Source: a virus (lineage: Duplodnaviria; Caudoviricetes). Taken from it: 62,282 nt of DNA. Position 1 is the stretch's first letter. Every line of letters begins with the position of its first letter. The stretch lies in IMG/VR virus record IMGVR_UViG_3300006930_000010, positions 1-62,282 of that record; one strand, written 5' to 3'. Positions 40,695 through 51,758 of the stretch are shown piece by piece. The position numbers and the translations under genes were made by a program. The notes under the pieces were generated by a model. The model was not told the origin of the DNA, did not search any database, and saw only the letters and a list, made by a program, of their open reading frames with translations.

Positions 40695-42230
40695 CTATCC
40701 TACATTGAACTCGTACGTGTACCCAGCAGAGATGGTATATCTGTCATTCTTAAATGGATACTTAAGGCTATACTCTATTTCTACTACATCGTTAACTCCT
40801 GGTGCAACAGTAAAGACTATACTAGGCTTATAATAGCCAAACAGCAATGCGTAACCCTTAAGTCCAGTACTACTATAATATGGGTATGTAGCAGCATTGC
40901 CAGTGATTCTCCAATATCTAGCAGTAACCTCAGGAAATACCACGGGTGTATCTACAGCCAAACCGGTCACTGGCGTAAATACAGCCCAAGTAGTGCCATC
41001 GGTGGAGTACTCTATTTTTACATTATTTGACTCTTTTTGGTAATGCTGACCATCTACTGAACTAACTATTACAGCATTCACAGTCTTAGCTTGTAAGAAA
41101 TCAAAAACAACAGGCAGCGGTGTTGTTTTATACTGATCCCAATTATATACTGATGGGTAGAAGGGTCCTCCCATGTAGTCCCAAGAGTAATGACTAGAGC
41201 CTTCTGGAGGGTATGAAGCTAACGTTCTATCCCCACTTAGCCAGTTCTGCATAAAATCTTTTACGTTGTAGGGGTAAAAGGTGTAATCCACTCCTTCAGT
41301 CTTTAACACACTATTTATGTATACCTTTTGTGTGCCTTCCTTACAGCTGGGTGTTTTGATGTGAAACTCTTTATTTGTGCCATCTCCTACTCCTACCTGA
41401 TACTTGGGAAATGGTGCTGGAGGAAATGATGTCTCAGTTATGTTAAATGCGCCAAGCCCAGCAATAAAGAGTGAGCGTATTTCCCATCCCAGATGTCCAT
41501 CACCATTATTATACAGTAGTTTTAATCCCTGTCTATTGGCCACACCGTCTAATGTTGTGCCAGTGGCTGTGTCTGAGTTAGCGTTTACCTTTGTCTGACG
41601 CTCGTCATACTTACTAGCAGCATACATAGAAAAGCCTGCGTACATTCCGCCATAGTTACCAATTAAGTTATTAAATAGTGCACACTTGTCTCCTGGGCAC
41701 ATAAATACCTCTGTGCCTTCTTTTGGATGCTGAATATGTGTGTACACATACTGTACTGTGACCGTTACATTTAATATGTCTGTTGCTGTTTTGTTTATTA
41801 CTATAGGATTACCTTCAGCATCAGTAAATAATGCAGACGTTAACAATGTGTCTGATCGTGAATTCCAACTACCGTATTGACCAAGATAACAGCTAGTCAG
41901 TGCCCCATTTGCTTGACTGGCTGCAACTGTCAATTTTAAAACACGTTTAGCTGTTGGATAAGTTACAGTTAATACATTAGATGCTCCAGATAACCCCTCA
42001 GAAGCGTCTGTAACATACCGCCAAATTATACCTGTAGCTGTACCTAGAGAAATCGTGTTTGGGATATAGAACGCTCCCTTTTTCATATTCTCTATCACGG
42101 CACTTAATACAGTGTTGTGACATTCTACTGTTTGTTTTACTTCACCAGTCTGACTGTCAACAAGTTCAAACTGATAGTTATTTTTTATTTGTATCATATT
42201 AGAATCCTTTCTAGAGTGGAAAATCACCAA
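40695..42230 (-). CDS. tail / receptor-binding protein, copy A
   Basis: shares GNPI.INKTATDIL, KYQVGVGDGTN, KTEGVDYTF with 37116-38588. Confidence 0.7.
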   Translation of the reverse strand: MVIFHSRKDSNMIQIKNNYQFELVDSQTGEVKQTVECHNTVLSAVIENMKKGAFYIPNTISLGTATGIIWRYVTDASEGLSGASNVLTVTYPTAKRVLKLTVAASQANGALTSCYLGQYGSWNSRSDTLLTSALFTDAEGNPIVINKTATDILNVTVTVQYVYTHIQHPKEGTEVFMCPGDKCALFNNLIGNYGGMYAGFSMYAASKYDERQTKVNANSDTATGTTLDGVANRQGLKLLYNNGDGHLGWEIRSLFIAGLGAFNITETSFPPAPFPKYQVGVGDGTNKEFHIKTPSCKEGTQKVYINSVLKTEGVDYTFYPYNVKDFMQNWLSGDRTLASYPPEGSSHYSWDYMGGPFYPSVYNWDQYKTTPLPVVFDFLQAKTVNAVIVSSVDGQHYQKESNNVKIEYSTDGTTWAVFTPVTGLAVDTPVVFPEVTARYWRITGNAATYPYYSSTGLKGYALLFGYYKPSIVFTVAPGVNDVVEIEYSLKYPFKNDRYTISAGYTYEFNVG

Positions 42231-44295
42231 CTAATGTAGCATCTATGGTAGTAATGTTAGCTACTGTGTGTGTTAGTATGAAAGTGTCAGTTGCTACCAA
42301 AGCATCCATATCTACATATGCTGTCGTGGTGATTGGCAGCAAACTGGCAGCAGCGGTAGTAAGACTAAATAGCTCTCTTACAGTCATAACAGGGTTGCCT
42401 ACGGATACACTCATACTTGGCACAGGCAGAATAAAGTCATTGTATGCGACATAACGTACAGCAGTGTTACCCCTGAATGCCACGGTAACAGTATCCATAA
42501 CACTTATAGTGTCCGCTATTGTTAGAGTTACTACTGCCCCCATGAGGCTTACATCTACTACTGTGCATAACCCAGAAGCTTTATAGACTTTAAAGTTATT
42601 AGCATAGTGTTCACTTAGAAGCAAAGGATGTGAGCAGGTTAGTTCAATAGTAAATGGGGAAGACCACAAATAACTAGTAATACTAAAGGATGTGATAGTT
42701 GGAGTCTCTGTCCCATACCACAAAATATTAAGGGGATTATCTGTTGGGACTTCAGCAACACTAAATACCTCATTACTGTTAATGGATATATCTTTTATTT
42801 CAGTTATTGTGAATGGCTGCAGTGCTGCCTGTTTCATACCTAAATAGAACCTCTCAGGTTTAATAGATTGCCCAACATAGCCACGAGCACTTACAAGCCA
42901 CTGAGACTTACTATTTACAGCATTAATAACGGTTCTGTAATCATTGAGCCTAGCTACCATAACATCCGTATTGCCAGAGCCCAGTACTACAAGTTCTCTT
43001 TCAGCGCTCCACACCAAGGTGCCTACCATATCTTGCCTACATAAATTTTTATAATAGACTTTACCATCTTTGATGTAGGTGCATACAACACCTTGATCGT
43101 ACTGTATATCAGGAGCAAAGTTATAACTCATACATAAGGATATGTCTGACACGCTAGCAGCCATTTGAAACTTAGTAGTAACATCTGAGCCTCGCTGAGA
43201 CCACAGCACATTAGTAGCGTCCCTCCACACCACAAACGGTACCTCTTCCGTCTCTAATGTAAATCCCTGCTCGCCATCTCGTAGAATCCACAATCCGTGA
43301 AACTCTATACAAGCCTGTATAGCATCCTCTATAATATATACTGGTTCCCACGCGATCGCTACTTCTTCATTAAGAATGCGTTTTCGCACTAAGGCTTTTC
43401 CATCATCTATGCACACTGCATAAATTTCAGATGGATCTTGCTCCGTTGGTAACTGCTTAATTGTTAAGTCATACAACTCATAACCCACATCGACTACTCG
43501 TGTAGCTAAGTAGCCACCATCTATTGTATACAGAAAGCCTCGAGTCTCAACCGTCAGGGTACCTGTTCTTGTTTGCATCGTAACTAAGAAGTTATGAATG
43601 CCGATCTTACGTTTAAGATACGAATGAGGTATACCAACCGAGTTTCGTCCTCTCTTGACAACATATTCGATAGGGGAGTATAGCTCTTGTATCTCATTAT
43701 CAAATATACGAATGACTACAACTGAATTTTCTGAGGCTGTGAAGTTAATCTGTAGATGTCCTTGTAGGTCTCCATTCTTTGAGAGTCTAGCCGATATCAT
43801 TCCGACAGTACACTCTTCTTGACCGACTTGAAACTCTAAGGTATTATAATCCCAAAGTAGCTTAGGAATCTCTTGCTTGACACCATTGATGACCTCAGTG
43901 AAATCCGCAGACACTGGAGTATTAAGAGACCACTCTGTAATGGTTAATCCTTCTTTGGAGCTGACCTTGAATGTAAAAGATACATAGGACTCTTCAGGGA
44001 AATCAATTATAGTTGTGTAGATACCATTGCCGGTGTCTACTAACGGTAACTGATGTGCCACTACTGTGTTGTCATCGAGTACCCCGATAACATCCACTCT
44101 ATTACCCAGTATCCCTAATGTGGTGGTAACAATAGTAACTTCTGCCGTCTCTGGTAGCTTCTCCGTATCCTCAAGTTTAATGCTATAAAGAGCTGAACCA
44201 TTAGCTTGGAGTACCATTGTGGTGTTAGTTAGTGATCCATTTTCGACGACCCAATCTGCAGGAATACTGGATAATATGCTTTTTCCATATGCCAT
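42211..44295 (-). CDS. tail/baseplate protein, copy A
   Basis: shares near-identical central block with 38599-40686. Confidence 0.7.
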   Translation of the reverse strand: MAYGKSILSSIPADWVVENGSLTNTTMVLQANGSALYSIKLEDTEKLPETAEVTIVTTTLGILGNRVDVIGVLDDNTVVAHQLPLVDTGNGIYTTIIDFPEESYVSFTFKVSSKEGLTITEWSLNTPVSADFTEVINGVKQEIPKLLWDYNTLEFQVGQEECTVGMISARLSKNGDLQGHLQINFTASENSVVVIRIFDNEIQELYSPIEYVVKRGRNSVGIPHSYLKRKIGIHNFLVTMQTRTGTLTVETRGFLYTIDGGYLATRVVDVGYELYDLTIKQLPTEQDPSEIYAVCIDDGKALVRKRILNEEVAIAWEPVYIIEDAIQACIEFHGLWILRDGEQGFTLETEEVPFVVWRDATNVLWSQRGSDVTTKFQMAASVSDISLCMSYNFAPDIQYDQGVVCTYIKDGKVYYKNLCRQDMVGTLVWSAERELVVLGSGNTDVMVARLNDYRTVINAVNSKSQWLVSARGYVGQSIKPERFYLGMKQAALQPFTITEIKDISINSNEVFSVAEVPTDNPLNILWYGTETPTITSFSITSYLWSSPFTIELTCSHPLLLSEHYANNFKVYKASGLCTVVDVSLMGAVVTLTIADTISVMDTVTVAFRGNTAVRYVAYNDFILPVPSMSVSVGNPVMTVRELFSLTTAAASLLPITTTAYVDMDALVATDTFILTHTVANITTIDATLVGDFPL

Positions 44296-44296
44296 A

Positions 44297-45622
44297 CTAT
44301 CCCTCCAGTATCAATGCATTTAGCAGTGTTAACTTACTCGTTAGACCACCTGAGTATTCATACGTGTGTCTCTGCACGATCCCAGTATACTTCAACTTGT
44401 ACTTCTTACTGTCTACATATACCTTGTCTCCGATAGACAGCAGCGGGTTACCTCGAACTGTTAGTTCAATGGTCGGAAGTGGATTGTTTACAAACTTCTT
44501 CATTAACTCTTGATACTTGGTAGCATACGCTGCGTTCTGAATAAAGAGACTTTCTAGCTTCAATGGGTTATTGCACATTTCAGCTAATACGGTAGCAACG
44601 GTCTCAACTACGATTCCTCGTACATTAATATCACAATCCATCTGTGCTCCATCATTCTGTACGGTTAATACGATATCTTTGGTTGTTGCCTCATACTGAT
44701 TGATCTTGAGCATATTTGGTTTTGCTGTAGTCTTAATCCCGGTAACGGTTAATAGTGGTGTTTTACTGAATGAGACGGTATCTAGTACCTTAGTCCCAGC
44801 ACCAACTGGTACTCCTTTCAAATCTACAACTGTCTGTTGTTCGGACAATTGATGAGTATGATAAATTAACTGTACCCCATCATAGGTTTTCAACACTGAT
44901 TGAGTTAGCTTAATATCATTGATCTGATCACTATCAGTGATAGTGGCTACTATGGCTCCATTACCCAAGAAGGGTTTCACCACGATCTTACCATTTTTGT
45001 CTGTTGTGCAATAAGCCACTGCAGCTCTTACTAATTCCTGTAATAGCACCCGTGGTTTATCATTTGCATACGTAAAGTTGAGTTCTTCGATCAATAGATC
45101 GCTTACTTCTGCGGTAAATCCAAGAGCAGTAAAGATTTGTTCGAAAAAGTTAATGAACGATTGATTACGAGTGACTGGTATATTCGGTTGAGGAAGTCTA
45201 AACAACTTTTGCAACTCATCCGCGGCGGTTATATCTGCTGTAGTCCCAGCACTGGGAGCAGACCAGTTCGTAACATAGAATACTCCTAATGGATCCCAAT
45301 CAACTGTATCATCATTTGGTTTAATAAACACCTTAAGGGGTAGATCTAATATCATCTTACCATAGTAGGGGCTAGTCGTATTTGCTGGGTTAAACATTCC
45401 GTTCTGGCTGAACAGAGTAATGTCAACCTCATTAGCTGATATAGCTCCTAATGGATTTGCATCTTCAGCTCCGGACTCCTCTAGTCCAGAACAGGTCATG
45501 AGATAATTGGATCGAGTTACAACCAGAGGTGGATTAGATAGACCATCAAAGTAGATTTCTACTTTAAGGAGGAGGTTCCTACTAGTTGCATTGTAATCAT
45601 CGTTTGTTGATCTTCTAGCCAT
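44297..45622 (-). CDS. tail hub / Tal-like protein
   Basis: PLGVFYV..W; VRGNPLLSIGD; after TMP and Dit-position gene. Confidence 0.65.
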   Translation of the reverse strand: MARRSTNDDYNATSRNLLLKVEIYFDGLSNPPLVVTRSNYLMTCSGLEESGAEDANPLGAISANEVDITLFSQNGMFNPANTTSPYYGKMILDLPLKVFIKPNDDTVDWDPLGVFYVTNWSAPSAGTTADITAADELQKLFRLPQPNIPVTRNQSFINFFEQIFTALGFTAEVSDLLIEELNFTYANDKPRVLLQELVRAAVAYCTTDKNGKIVVKPFLGNGAIVATITDSDQINDIKLTQSVLKTYDGVQLIYHTHQLSEQQTVVDLKGVPVGAGTKVLDTVSFSKTPLLTVTGIKTTAKPNMLKINQYEATTKDIVLTVQNDGAQMDCDINVRGIVVETVATVLAEMCNNPLKLESLFIQNAAYATKYQELMKKFVNNPLPTIELTVRGNPLLSIGDKVYVDSKKYKLKYTGIVQRHTYEYSGGLTSKLTLLNALILEG

Positions 45623-45630
45623 ACATCCTC

Positions 45631-45987
45631 CTACCTTTCTATAAGATTAAAGTTAACACCCTTCCAAACCCAATTGGAAGATACTCCAGCTCTATGCAAT
45701 TCTGATGGAATAGATCCAACATAAACTTCAGCTGTTTTGCTAGTTCCATTTTCGAGATAGCCCAACGTGAAGAATAGAGCAGCACTCTCCCAGATAACAT
45801 CAAGTATTGTATCTAGGTCGTGTCCTGTAATAGCATCATAGGTGAAATAAAATTTTCGTTTCTGAGCTATTAGATCACCAGCCATTGAAGCGTCTGCTAG
45901 ACGCTCCAAGGTAGTGATATTGTATCTTTCTTTTTTGAAGGTGGTAGGGTTCTTAATAGCAGTACCATTGATTGTAAAGTTTGCCAT
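45631..45987 (-). CDS. distal tail-like protein
   Basis: immediately after TMP; ends NFNLIER. Confidence 0.6.
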   Translation of the reverse strand: MANFTINGTAIKNPTTFKKERYNITTLERLADASMAGDLIAQKRKFYFTYDAITGHDLDTILDVIWESAALFFTLGYLENGTSKTAEVYVGSIPSELHRAGVSSNWVWKGVNFNLIER

Positions 45988-45989
45988 AC

Positions 45990-48900
45990 TTACCCCTTCC
46001 TAGCATCCTCTGCTAGTTGAATCACTTGCATCTTGCGATTAAGTTCTTTCAGACCCTTATCATCAGCAATCAATGTGCCTACGTATAAAGGTTGCTTCTG
46101 TTCTTGATTGTTTGAATTGCCTGCCATCATAGGAGCTAGTACAGCTGTTAAGCCATTAGCTACGGCATCCACGAATGGTTGCATTGCACTATTGTTCTCC
46201 AATGGAATAATGGCTTCCGCTTTATTACCCTCAGCAAAGTTGGCCATATGCTCTCGATTGAATACACCACCGGTAGCATGACCGATGCCAGCAGAGGAAC
46301 CAAGTGATGAGGTTACCGAATAGGATCCAGAGCTGCTTGAGCTGAATACTGATGATATGGCAGACACAGCTGCTTGAGCAGTATCAACCAATCCTTGCAC
46401 TAGGCTTGCTGCCTGTCCAATCCAGCCTGCGATAGCATTGTAGATTCCAGCACCGAAGTTGTAGAATCCATTGATGACGCCTGCCCACCAGCCATTAAAC
46501 ATACCTGATAGCTGTCCACACCATCCGGAGAATGCTCCAGCAGCCTGTGCTATCCAACTACCAATGGTACCTAGAACACTACCTGCCCATCCAGCAAAGC
46601 CTCCAATGATACTTCCAAACCAACCACTAAACTGTCCACCAGTACTTCCGATCCAACCACCAATGGCTCCAATCGTTCCACCAATCCAACCACCTAGCTG
46701 TCCTAGTATGTTTGAAAAGAAGTTCGTAAAGCCCGTTGCGTTGTTAGCAAACCAGGTTGTGAAGCTCGTAAATGTGTTTGTGATCCAAGTTGTAATGTTA
46801 GTCCAAGCTGTGGTTAAGAATGTAATCAAGCCGGTTCCGATATTAGTAAAGAATGTTGTAAACCCAGTCCACAAGTTTGTCATCCAAGTTGTGAATCCTG
46901 TAAACGTATTAGTACACCAGGTTGTTATGTTCGTCCATGCTGTCGTTAGGAATGTGACCAATCCTGTACTTACATTCGTAAAGAATGTAGTAAAGCCAGT
47001 CCATACATTTAAGAAGAATGTAGTGAAGCCTAAGTTTACTCCATCTCGCCAGTTAACGAATGCAGTTCCTGCATCATTACACCAACCCATGATAGTTTCA
47101 CCAACACCAGCTCGCCAATTCACAAATGCGGTTCCGGTTTCTTCACACCAGCCCATAATTGCTGGACCAGTTGTGTTTCTGAAGTTTTCTACGTTTGTGC
47201 CAAAGTTAGCAAAGAATGAAGCTATCGTGCCAGTAACATCGACTCCGAAGAGTGCTCCGATACCGTCGATCAGTGGCTTGAGTAATCCAGTCCATAGAAT
47301 CTGGAGTGGGACTAACACAGCAGAGAATGCTACAGCAAAGCTGGCTTTCAACCAGTCGAAGATTCTTTCTGCCATAGACTCCTTATCATCGAAAGTCCAC
47401 GCGTCAGTGATCATCTTCCACCAACCAGCAGGTATAGCTGCTAGCTCAGTTACTGTTCTGTCCCAGAAGACTCCAAGTACAGAACCTACTAAGTCTCCAA
47501 TAGCAATACCAATTATAGCTCCTAAAGGCCCTCCGACAAGACCACCTATGATACCACCTAAGGTGCCTAGTATGAGTTGTCCCCATCCAGCATTTTCCAA
47601 CGCAGATGGTGATAACTTGAATATCTCTCGAATTTTCTCAGCCCACTGAGCTGCTATCGTACCTACAACTAGGTCTACAATAGCTCCTACAATCGCTCCC
47701 TTGAGTAGTCCTTTGAAGCCGTTCTTAAGTGCTGTAAATAATCCTACGTCCTCTATACCAGCCTTGAATACGGCACCAATTCCTGCCATCCCATCTTTAA
47801 AGCCGCCCTCCATAAACTCTCGGACAATCGCTGCTACAGCAAACTTGATATCTGCCCAGCCTGCAGCGCCCAATAGCTTTATGATACCAGTTCCGATACC
47901 ACCTAGTACAGCTCCAAACCCGGTTAAGAACTCAACTGCAATAGTTTGCATATTGGACCAGCCAAATGCGTCTTTAAGTGGTCCCCAGAAGAAGTCATTA
48001 ATCAATTGGAAGAAGTTCTTACCCAACAGTGCGTTCTTAAGTGATTCCCAGATATTACCTACATACTCTGTAAAGTCTGGAGTCTCTGGAGTAGTGACCT
48101 CTGGAAGGCCAATATCAGGTACCTTTGGAACCTCAATACCTGGTACAGTTTCTCCTCCGGTTTCGTCTGGGTTGGTGAGTTTGAATACTTCGTCAAAAGC
48201 AAATAGACTTTTAGCTGCCTTGGCCGCATTACCTGTACTATCTGCTAGATTACTCATATTGTCATTTGTGGTATCTAGAGCTTGGTTGAACTTAGTTAAG
48301 TCAGCCGCTCTTTGTTTCGTCTCTGGCATCAATATTTGCTTATAGTCAACTCCACCTAATGATAAGAAGGAGCCGTACAGACCAGCTATCGAAGCTCGTA
48401 GACGTTCACTTGCTCCCGTAAGAGCAATCAATAGACCAATACCTAAGGCGAAGACCGCCCACACTGGATGTAAAGCAATCCAGGATAGAGCTGTACCTAA
48501 ACCACCGATAACGGTAGACATGCCCTTTACTAGGGTGGTTACCAATGCAGCAAGTAGCATCTGAGTCTTATACATCATCCAGGCTCCCGCAGCAGCGAGT
48601 ACCATGGTGGTGAGAACTTGTACAATTTGCGTGTTCGACGCTAGCATACTTAGCAAACTAATTACCGTCCCAGTTACCGCATTGATGATTGGTAGCACCG
48701 CATTCAGAGCTCTCATGATCGGTACGATCATCTGCCCTAAGATCTGCATCCCGAGAGTTAATCCAGTCTTAAGTACTGACCAGAGACTCATCAAGTTGAC
48801 AATTAGCAGTTTTACTTCATTACGGAACTCTGGAGGAATTAAAGCTTCGAACACTCCGCCAATGCCACCTATATCAAAGGCAGCTCGTAATTTATCCATA

Positions 48901-49754
48901 CCATCCCCAACGATAGCTAGGGCATCATGAATTTGATCAAACAGCGGTGTGAATATACCAGAGAAAAGCATAAGAGCGTTATCTTTGATATTACTGATAA
49001 TACCTGTAGTCGTTTGTGCTGACTGAGCTAGAGAAGATCCAAATCGTTCATTGATACCATCAACTAGAGCATTAATTGCTGTACTTGCTGGTATTGCTTG
49101 ATCTCCTATCTCAGCAATCTGTTCAGAAGTCAATCCTAACTTTTCCCTCAGGATATCGTACACTGGGATTCCGGCTTCTGCAAGCTGTCTTAGCTCCTCG
49201 TTCATGAGCTTGCCCTTTGTGTAGATCTGCCCCAAGGCTCTGGATATTGGCTCAATGGCTTCTGGCTTATTCTGTACTGTTGAGGCAGCCAAGACGCCTT
49301 GCATAACGTACATTACATTTTGGTACTGTATACCATAAGCAAGCAGCCTTTTAGACGCAGCTTCTGCCTCACTAAATGAGAAAGGCGTAATAGCGGAGAA
49401 GTCTTTTAATACATTAATAAACTCCTGTGCTAGTGCCGTACTCCCAAAAAGGTTTGAGTAGATCATATCTGCATATTCTAGACTCTTGCTGAATTCCCAT
49501 ACAGCATTTATTGATTGTTTGATGGCTCCCAATCCTGCATAAAATACTTGCGATAGCAAGATACCCTGTACAATACGAGCGACATCTTTGAATTGAAACT
49601 TGGCGTCCTTGATAGGAGCAACCATGTTATTTTTGATCTTCTCATGCATGTCAGTAGAGAATTGCTGTACGGATGCGGAAGCGCTCTTTAGTCCATTTCT
49701 AAGTCCTGATGTGTCTAATCGCAGTCTAGCTGTTAGATCTGCAAATCTAGCCAT
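45990..49754 (-). CDS. tape measure protein
   Basis: 1254 aa; TPFS...GKLMNEELRQLAEAGIP tape-measure domain; W/F-periodic repeats. Confidence 0.93.
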   Translation of the reverse strand: MARFADLTARLRLDTSGLRNGLKSASASVQQFSTDMHEKIKNNMVAPIKDAKFQFKDVARIVQGILLSQVFYAGLGAIKQSINAVWEFSKSLEYADMIYSNLFGSTALAQEFINVLKDFSAITPFSFSEAEAASKRLLAYGIQYQNVMYVMQGVLAASTVQNKPEAIEPISRALGQIYTKGKLMNEELRQLAEAGIPVYDILREKLGLTSEQIAEIGDQAIPASTAINALVDGINERFGSSLAQSAQTTTGIISNIKDNALMLFSGIFTPLFDQIHDALAIVGDGMDKLRAAFDIGGIGGVFEALIPPEFRNEVKLLIVNLMSLWSVLKTGLTLGMQILGQMIVPIMRALNAVLPIINAVTGTVISLLSMLASNTQIVQVLTTMVLAAAGAWMMYKTQMLLAALVTTLVKGMSTVIGGLGTALSWIALHPVWAVFALGIGLLIALTGASERLRASIAGLYGSFLSLGGVDYKQILMPETKQRAADLTKFNQALDTTNDNMSNLADSTGNAAKAAKSLFAFDEVFKLTNPDETGGETVPGIEVPKVPDIGLPEVTTPETPDFTEYVGNIWESLKNALLGKNFFQLINDFFWGPLKDAFGWSNMQTIAVEFLTGFGAVLGGIGTGIIKLLGAAGWADIKFAVAAIVREFMEGGFKDGMAGIGAVFKAGIEDVGLFTALKNGFKGLLKGAIVGAIVDLVVGTIAAQWAEKIREIFKLSPSALENAGWGQLILGTLGGIIGGLVGGPLGAIIGIAIGDLVGSVLGVFWDRTVTELAAIPAGWWKMITDAWTFDDKESMAERIFDWLKASFAVAFSAVLVPLQILWTGLLKPLIDGIGALFGVDVTGTIASFFANFGTNVENFRNTTGPAIMGWCEETGTAFVNWRAGVGETIMGWCNDAGTAFVNWRDGVNLGFTTFFLNVWTGFTTFFTNVSTGLVTFLTTAWTNITTWCTNTFTGFTTWMTNLWTGFTTFFTNIGTGLITFLTTAWTNITTWITNTFTSFTTWFANNATGFTNFFSNILGQLGGWIGGTIGAIGGWIGSTGGQFSGWFGSIIGGFAGWAGSVLGTIGSWIAQAAGAFSGWCGQLSGMFNGWWAGVINGFYNFGAGIYNAIAGWIGQAASLVQGLVDTAQAAVSAISSVFSSSSSGSYSVTSSLGSSAGIGHATGGVFNREHMANFAEGNKAEAIIPLENNSAMQPFVDAVANGLTAVLAPMMAGNSNNQEQKQPLYVGTLIADDKGLKELNRKMQVIQLAEDARKG

Positions 49755-49768
49755 ACTTTACCTCCTAA

Positions 49769-50337
49769 CTACCAACCGCTAAGTTGGTCAATGTACCCGA
49801 CAGAGTCATCTCTTTCAGGAGCCTCACCACTTTCAAGTTGCTTCACATATATGTGTACATCCATCTGTGCCTTAAAGAATCGGGGTGTGAGGTTCCAAAT
49901 TTCATTGTCCCGATAACCGAGAGCAACTCGTCCTATATAAAGAATATAGGGCCAGTCCCACTCATCCTTTTTGAAAGGATCTATTTCGGGACGGTTACGT
50001 TTGGGTCTAGTGCCTTAAGAGGTTCTGGTGCTGGCATATCCTGCTCCAGTACTTCTCCTAATGTATCTACTAGGTCTTGCATATATCTCATATCAATAAG
50101 ATTACCGACCTGTTTTTCTGTCAATGCTGGTTCCTCATGAAGCAACCCAGCCCAGATAATTGATCGAAGAGCTTTCATACTATTCTCCTTTTCCAGCTTA
50201 TCGAAAGCAGCGTCAATAGAACCGTACGAGTCTTCTAATTCAGCGAACGAGTTGAGCGTGAATTTTAAATCACGCTCAATCCCGTCGCTTAATGTCAGTT
50301 TGATATCATTTCTCTTTACATCAGCGACTTTAGCCAT
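49769..50337 (-). CDS. tail assembly chaperone pair (G at 49981-50337; GT by -1 frameshift to 49769)
   Basis: slippery C CCA AAC at 49999-50005; -1 frame open as ...WDWPYILYIG...WNLTPRFF...W stop. Confidence 0.75.
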
Positions 50338-50346
50338 TACTTCCTC

Positions 50347-50955
50347 CTAAGGTGTAGGTGTTGCGTTAGGCATCATAACACTGGTAAACCAGTCTGCAAT
50401 GATGTCCGCATCAGCCGTAGCAAATTCTTGATCAATTTCATACTTCCAGGGCTTCTTGGCCACACCGTCAACCGTAATGGGGAAGATTAAACTAGCAAAC
50501 TGACCCTTGATGGTATCAGACTGGAAGTTAATGCTATCACCTTTGGTTTCGTTGGTGTCTTCTGGGTCAGAGAACCGACCTTTGTATAACCAGACATATT
50601 TGTATGTTCCGTTAGACTTAAGTGTTCTAAAGCCAATAGCTACCCATGGTGGAGTATCATTAGCAGCAGATACGAGTCCACCATTAGTATCAATTTTATG
50701 ACCTAATAGGTCAGCTTTGATCTGGGTATCTAAGCTGTTCTTTTGAATTTCAACCTCGATCTTACCCAAGGTTGCTGCTGTATCTCCAGGACCATCGTCG
50801 AAGAACGCAGTCTCCATTGATGCGTTAGGATTAATGTTAAGACTCATGACACCTGGAGCTTTTTTAATCGTTCCATAGGTAGGAGCAGCTAATGCTGTAT
50901 CCTCAGCCGTCATAAGTGCATAAACTAGGTTATCACAACCTATTCTCATTGCCAT
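50347..50955 (-). CDS. major tail protein (phi13-like)
   Basis: PPWVAIGFR...YVWLYKGRF...TKGDSINFQ. Confidence 0.85.
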   Translation of the reverse strand: MAMRIGCDNLVYALMTAEDTALAAPTYGTIKKAPGVMSLNINPNASMETAFFDDGPGDTAATLGKIEVEIQKNSLDTQIKADLLGHKIDTNGGLVSAANDTPPWVAIGFRTLKSNGTYKYVWLYKGRFSDPEDTNETKGDSINFQSDTIKGQFASLIFPITVDGVAKKPWKYEIDQEFATADADIIADWFTSVMMPNATPTP

Positions 50956-50968
50956 GTAAAGTTCCTCC

Positions 50969-51352
50969 TTAATTAATGTTTGTGGTTATACCACAATTGA
51001 ATGCAAATATAGTTCTATGCTTTTCGTCGACATCAATCTTAATGGGTGTGTTTCTCATTGCTATTAAGCAAGTCTTACCACCCAAGGTGATCATCAGTTC
51101 TTCTTTATGCATAGATCTGTAGATGTTCCAGATTTTTGTTTTCGCTACAGCTGCCTTCTTTGCCCTTACCGTAACCTGTACAGATCGGACACTCATGTCA
51201 GTAAATGCTGCAACTGGAGTACCATTGTATTCGTATACGGCTACGAGCTCGTCCGGCGATACAGGTGATGTATCTTTAAAGATATCTGTATCCTTGACAG
51301 TAGCGTAGCCTGCTACTATAATGTAGTCAATGATTGCCTCGAGCAGATCCAT
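50969..51352 (-). CDS. tail terminator
   Basis: VQVTVRA; position before MTP. Confidence 0.65.
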   Translation of the reverse strand: MDLLEAIIDYIIVAGYATVKDTDIFKDTSPVSPDELVAVYEYNGTPVAAFTDMSVRSVQVTVRAKKAAVAKTKIWNIYRSMHKEELMITLGGKTCLIAMRNTPIKIDVDEKHRTIFAFNCGITTNIN

Positions 51353-51353
51353 G

Positions 51354-51758
51354 TCACCCTCCTAACCAGCCTAGGAATTGGTCACTCAACTTTGTGAAGA
51401 AGGAGTCTGAGTGATTATTCACTGGGTCTTCTAGAAACTTAGCTTTTCCAACTGGATGCTTAACATCCAATCGTTCATGTACGGCTACCATATACTCTTC
51501 AGTTAATTCTTTTGACTTCTCGTTATTCTGAACATTAGGTCCACCGTATCCAAACACCACAGTGGTACCTTCTTGTTCTATGAAAGCAGAGTCAGCGAGG
51601 GCACCAGTTTCTCTTGGTACCTCTTCTAGACTCTCCTTCATGATTTCTTGGGCTGCCTGCAGACTATATTTTCGGCTCTTCGCTTCTACGTCTGCTTCAA
51701 TTCGTCCACAATACTTTGTGAATTCTTTTACGCCGTCAATCTGTATATCCAATTTCAT
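51354..51758 (-). CDS. HK97 gp10-like neck protein
   Basis: VPRETGALADS, VHE, AKFLE. Confidence 0.75.
   Translation of the reverse strand: MKLDIQIDGVKEFTKYCGRIEADVEAKSRKYSLQAAQEIMKESLEEVPRETGALADSAFIEQEGTTVVFGYGGPNVQNNEKSKELTEEYMVAVHERLDVKHPVGKAKFLEDPVNNHSDSFFTKLSDQFLGWLGG

Noticed and set aside
37116-44295. Diversity-generating retroelement or invertible tail switch
   Set aside because: No reverse transcriptase or invertase; copies are direct, full-length and diverged at all bases.
46471-48930. Long + strand ORFs (392, 214 and 108 aa)
   Set aside because: Antisense shadows of the repetitive tape measure gene with no RBS context.
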